Program-made: the position numbers and the translations under genes
Virus record (IMG/VR): IMGVR_UViG_3300037851_000058
Span: 1-45,981 of that record
Strand: one strand, 5' to 3'
Source: a virus
Lineage: Duplodnaviria > Caudoviricetes
DNA length: 45,981 bases
Notes under the pieces: model-generated
Told to the model about the DNA's origin: nothing
Seen by the model: only the letters and a program-made list of their open reading frames with translations
Databases searched by the model: none
In this document: positions 45,066 to 45,981 of the stretch, one piece after another
Layout of the letters: every line of letters begins with the position of its first letter
Position numbering within the stretch: position 1 is the first letter of the stretch

Positions 45066-45326
45066 GTGAGAATATCAACGACGTGGGACTATTTCCACCG
45101 GGAGTGCAATCTGCGTGATTGTGAGCGGCGCTATTGCTCCGCGCACCGCCTTCTCTGGAGGGATTGCGAAACCGCGAAGGCGGGGCTCGAAGGCGATCGA
45201 GATGTAATCGGCGGGCTCCATGAGATCTACGAGCTGGGGGACTGCCCCGAATGCGAGAGGGAAGCGGAGGGACGAAAGTATGGGTATGCGCCGAAGATTC
45301 ACGAAGCTTCTCCGGGAAGATCCTAA
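45066..45326 (+). CDS. Cys-rich hypothetical protein
   Basis: SD AACTGGAGGG, GTG start; C-x4-C, CSAH, CPEC. Confidence 0.65.
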   Translation: MRISTTWDYFHRECNLRDCERRYCSAHRLLWRDCETAKAGLEGDRDVIGGLHEIYELGDCPECEREAEGRKYGYAPKIHEASPGRS

Positions 45327-45645
45327 CCGACAGAAGCTTTTCCCGGTGGTCCTGACCCCGGAGGAGCACGAGTATTTGATCCGCGCCGCGCGGGCCTACA
45401 ATGTCATGGCCTCGATGCTGGTGCGCTCTCGGACCTTCTTCCGGGGCTGGCGGCGGGAGCTGGACGAATTGCGGGCGGCTCAGGGCAACGAGCCGATCGA
45501 AAAATGGGACGCGCGCCGAAGCTGGCGAGGGAGGAAAAAAGCGCATGAACTGGACATGCCTAATCAGGGGACACCAGAAGCGGACAGTAGACGGAACGGA
45601 GCGGGCGCTGGTTTACCAGAAGGGCGGGAAGCGTCCGACCGTTGA
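45280..45645 (+). CDS. Putative ribbon-helix-helix DNA-binding protein
   Basis: KLFPVVLTPEEHEYLIRAARAYNVMASMLVR; SD GGAGGG. Confidence 0.55.
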   Translation: MGMRRRFTKLLREDPNRQKLFPVVLTPEEHEYLIRAARAYNVMASMLVRSRTFFRGWRRELDELRAAQGNEPIEKWDARRSWRGRKKAHELDMPNQGTPEADSRRNGAGAGLPEGREASDR

Positions 45646-45757
45646 GTATTTCTCCGGGCGCTACAGCTATTGCCAGCGCCGGGGGTGTGAGTGGACCAGC
45701 TACGAAGGATCAAGCGCGCCTTATAAGCGCGAAGTCAAAACTGGGGGTGTTCAATGA
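45545..45757 (+). CDS. Small Zn-binding phage protein
   Basis: SD GGAGG; MNWTCLIRGH...CQRRGC. Confidence 0.6.
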   Translation: MNWTCLIRGHQKRTVDGTERALVYQKGGKRPTVEYFSGRYSYCQRRGCEWTSYEGSSAPYKREVKTGGVQ

Positions 45758-45912
45758 GCGGGTGGGTTTACGTCAAGAGCGAGCCTCATCTATGGACCGT
45801 CGGGTTTTATTCGCCCGACGGGAACTGGCACACGGACAGCGATTGGTCGAGGCAGGAAGAAGCCGCCCGGAGGGTTCATTATCTCAACGGCAGAGGAGGG
45901 TCCAACGTATGA
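45754..45912 (+). CDS. Small phage protein (52 aa)
   Basis: Read by hand: MSGWVYVKSEPHLWTVGFYSPDGNWHTDSD...AARRVHYLNG; ATGA coupling at both ends. Confidence 0.75.
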   Translation: MSGWVYVKSEPHLWTVGFYSPDGNWHTDSDWSRQEEAARRVHYLNGRGGSNV

Positions 45913-45981
45913 AAACTAAACTGATGGCGGCGGTGTTGCTGGGGATGTTGATCGGTCAGAATCTCGTCGGGCTGGCGGCGG
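45882..45981. repeat. Terminal direct repeat, right copy
   Basis: 99/100 identical to 1..100. Confidence 0.95.

Overview
This window is an apparently complete, circularly permuted genome of a tailed dsDNA phage (siphovirus-like, about 45.9 kb). The ends overlap by 100 bp with one mismatch, and all credible genes are on the + strand. The late module runs TerS, TerL, portal, MuF-like protein, ChaB-protease-scaffold, decoration protein, major capsid protein, about 10 accessory genes, head-tail joining genes, tail tube, a Maf-family glycosyltransferase cassette, a frameshifted tail chaperone, tape measure, fibres/hub and M15 endolysin/holins. The early/middle module carries nucleases, a recombination trio, a PC4-like SSB, a ParB-like protein, a Mom-family DNA modifier, DUF932 and many small Zn-finger proteins. 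I recognised no integrase, CI repressor, DNA polymerase, primase or helicase. The strongest candidates for undescribed biology are: (1) a promoter- and terminator-bounded ~100-nt sRNA whose exposed loop is the exact antisense of an extended ribosome-binding motif repeated before many early genes; (2) an aberrant tRNA-Gly-like RNA overlapping the 3' end of the mom gene, possibly a dedicated glycyl donor for DNA modification; (3) a flagellin-type (Maf) glycosylation cassette inside the tail operon; (4) a fibre protein made of three tandem needle-tip units. All family calls come from motif recognition by eye; no searches were run.
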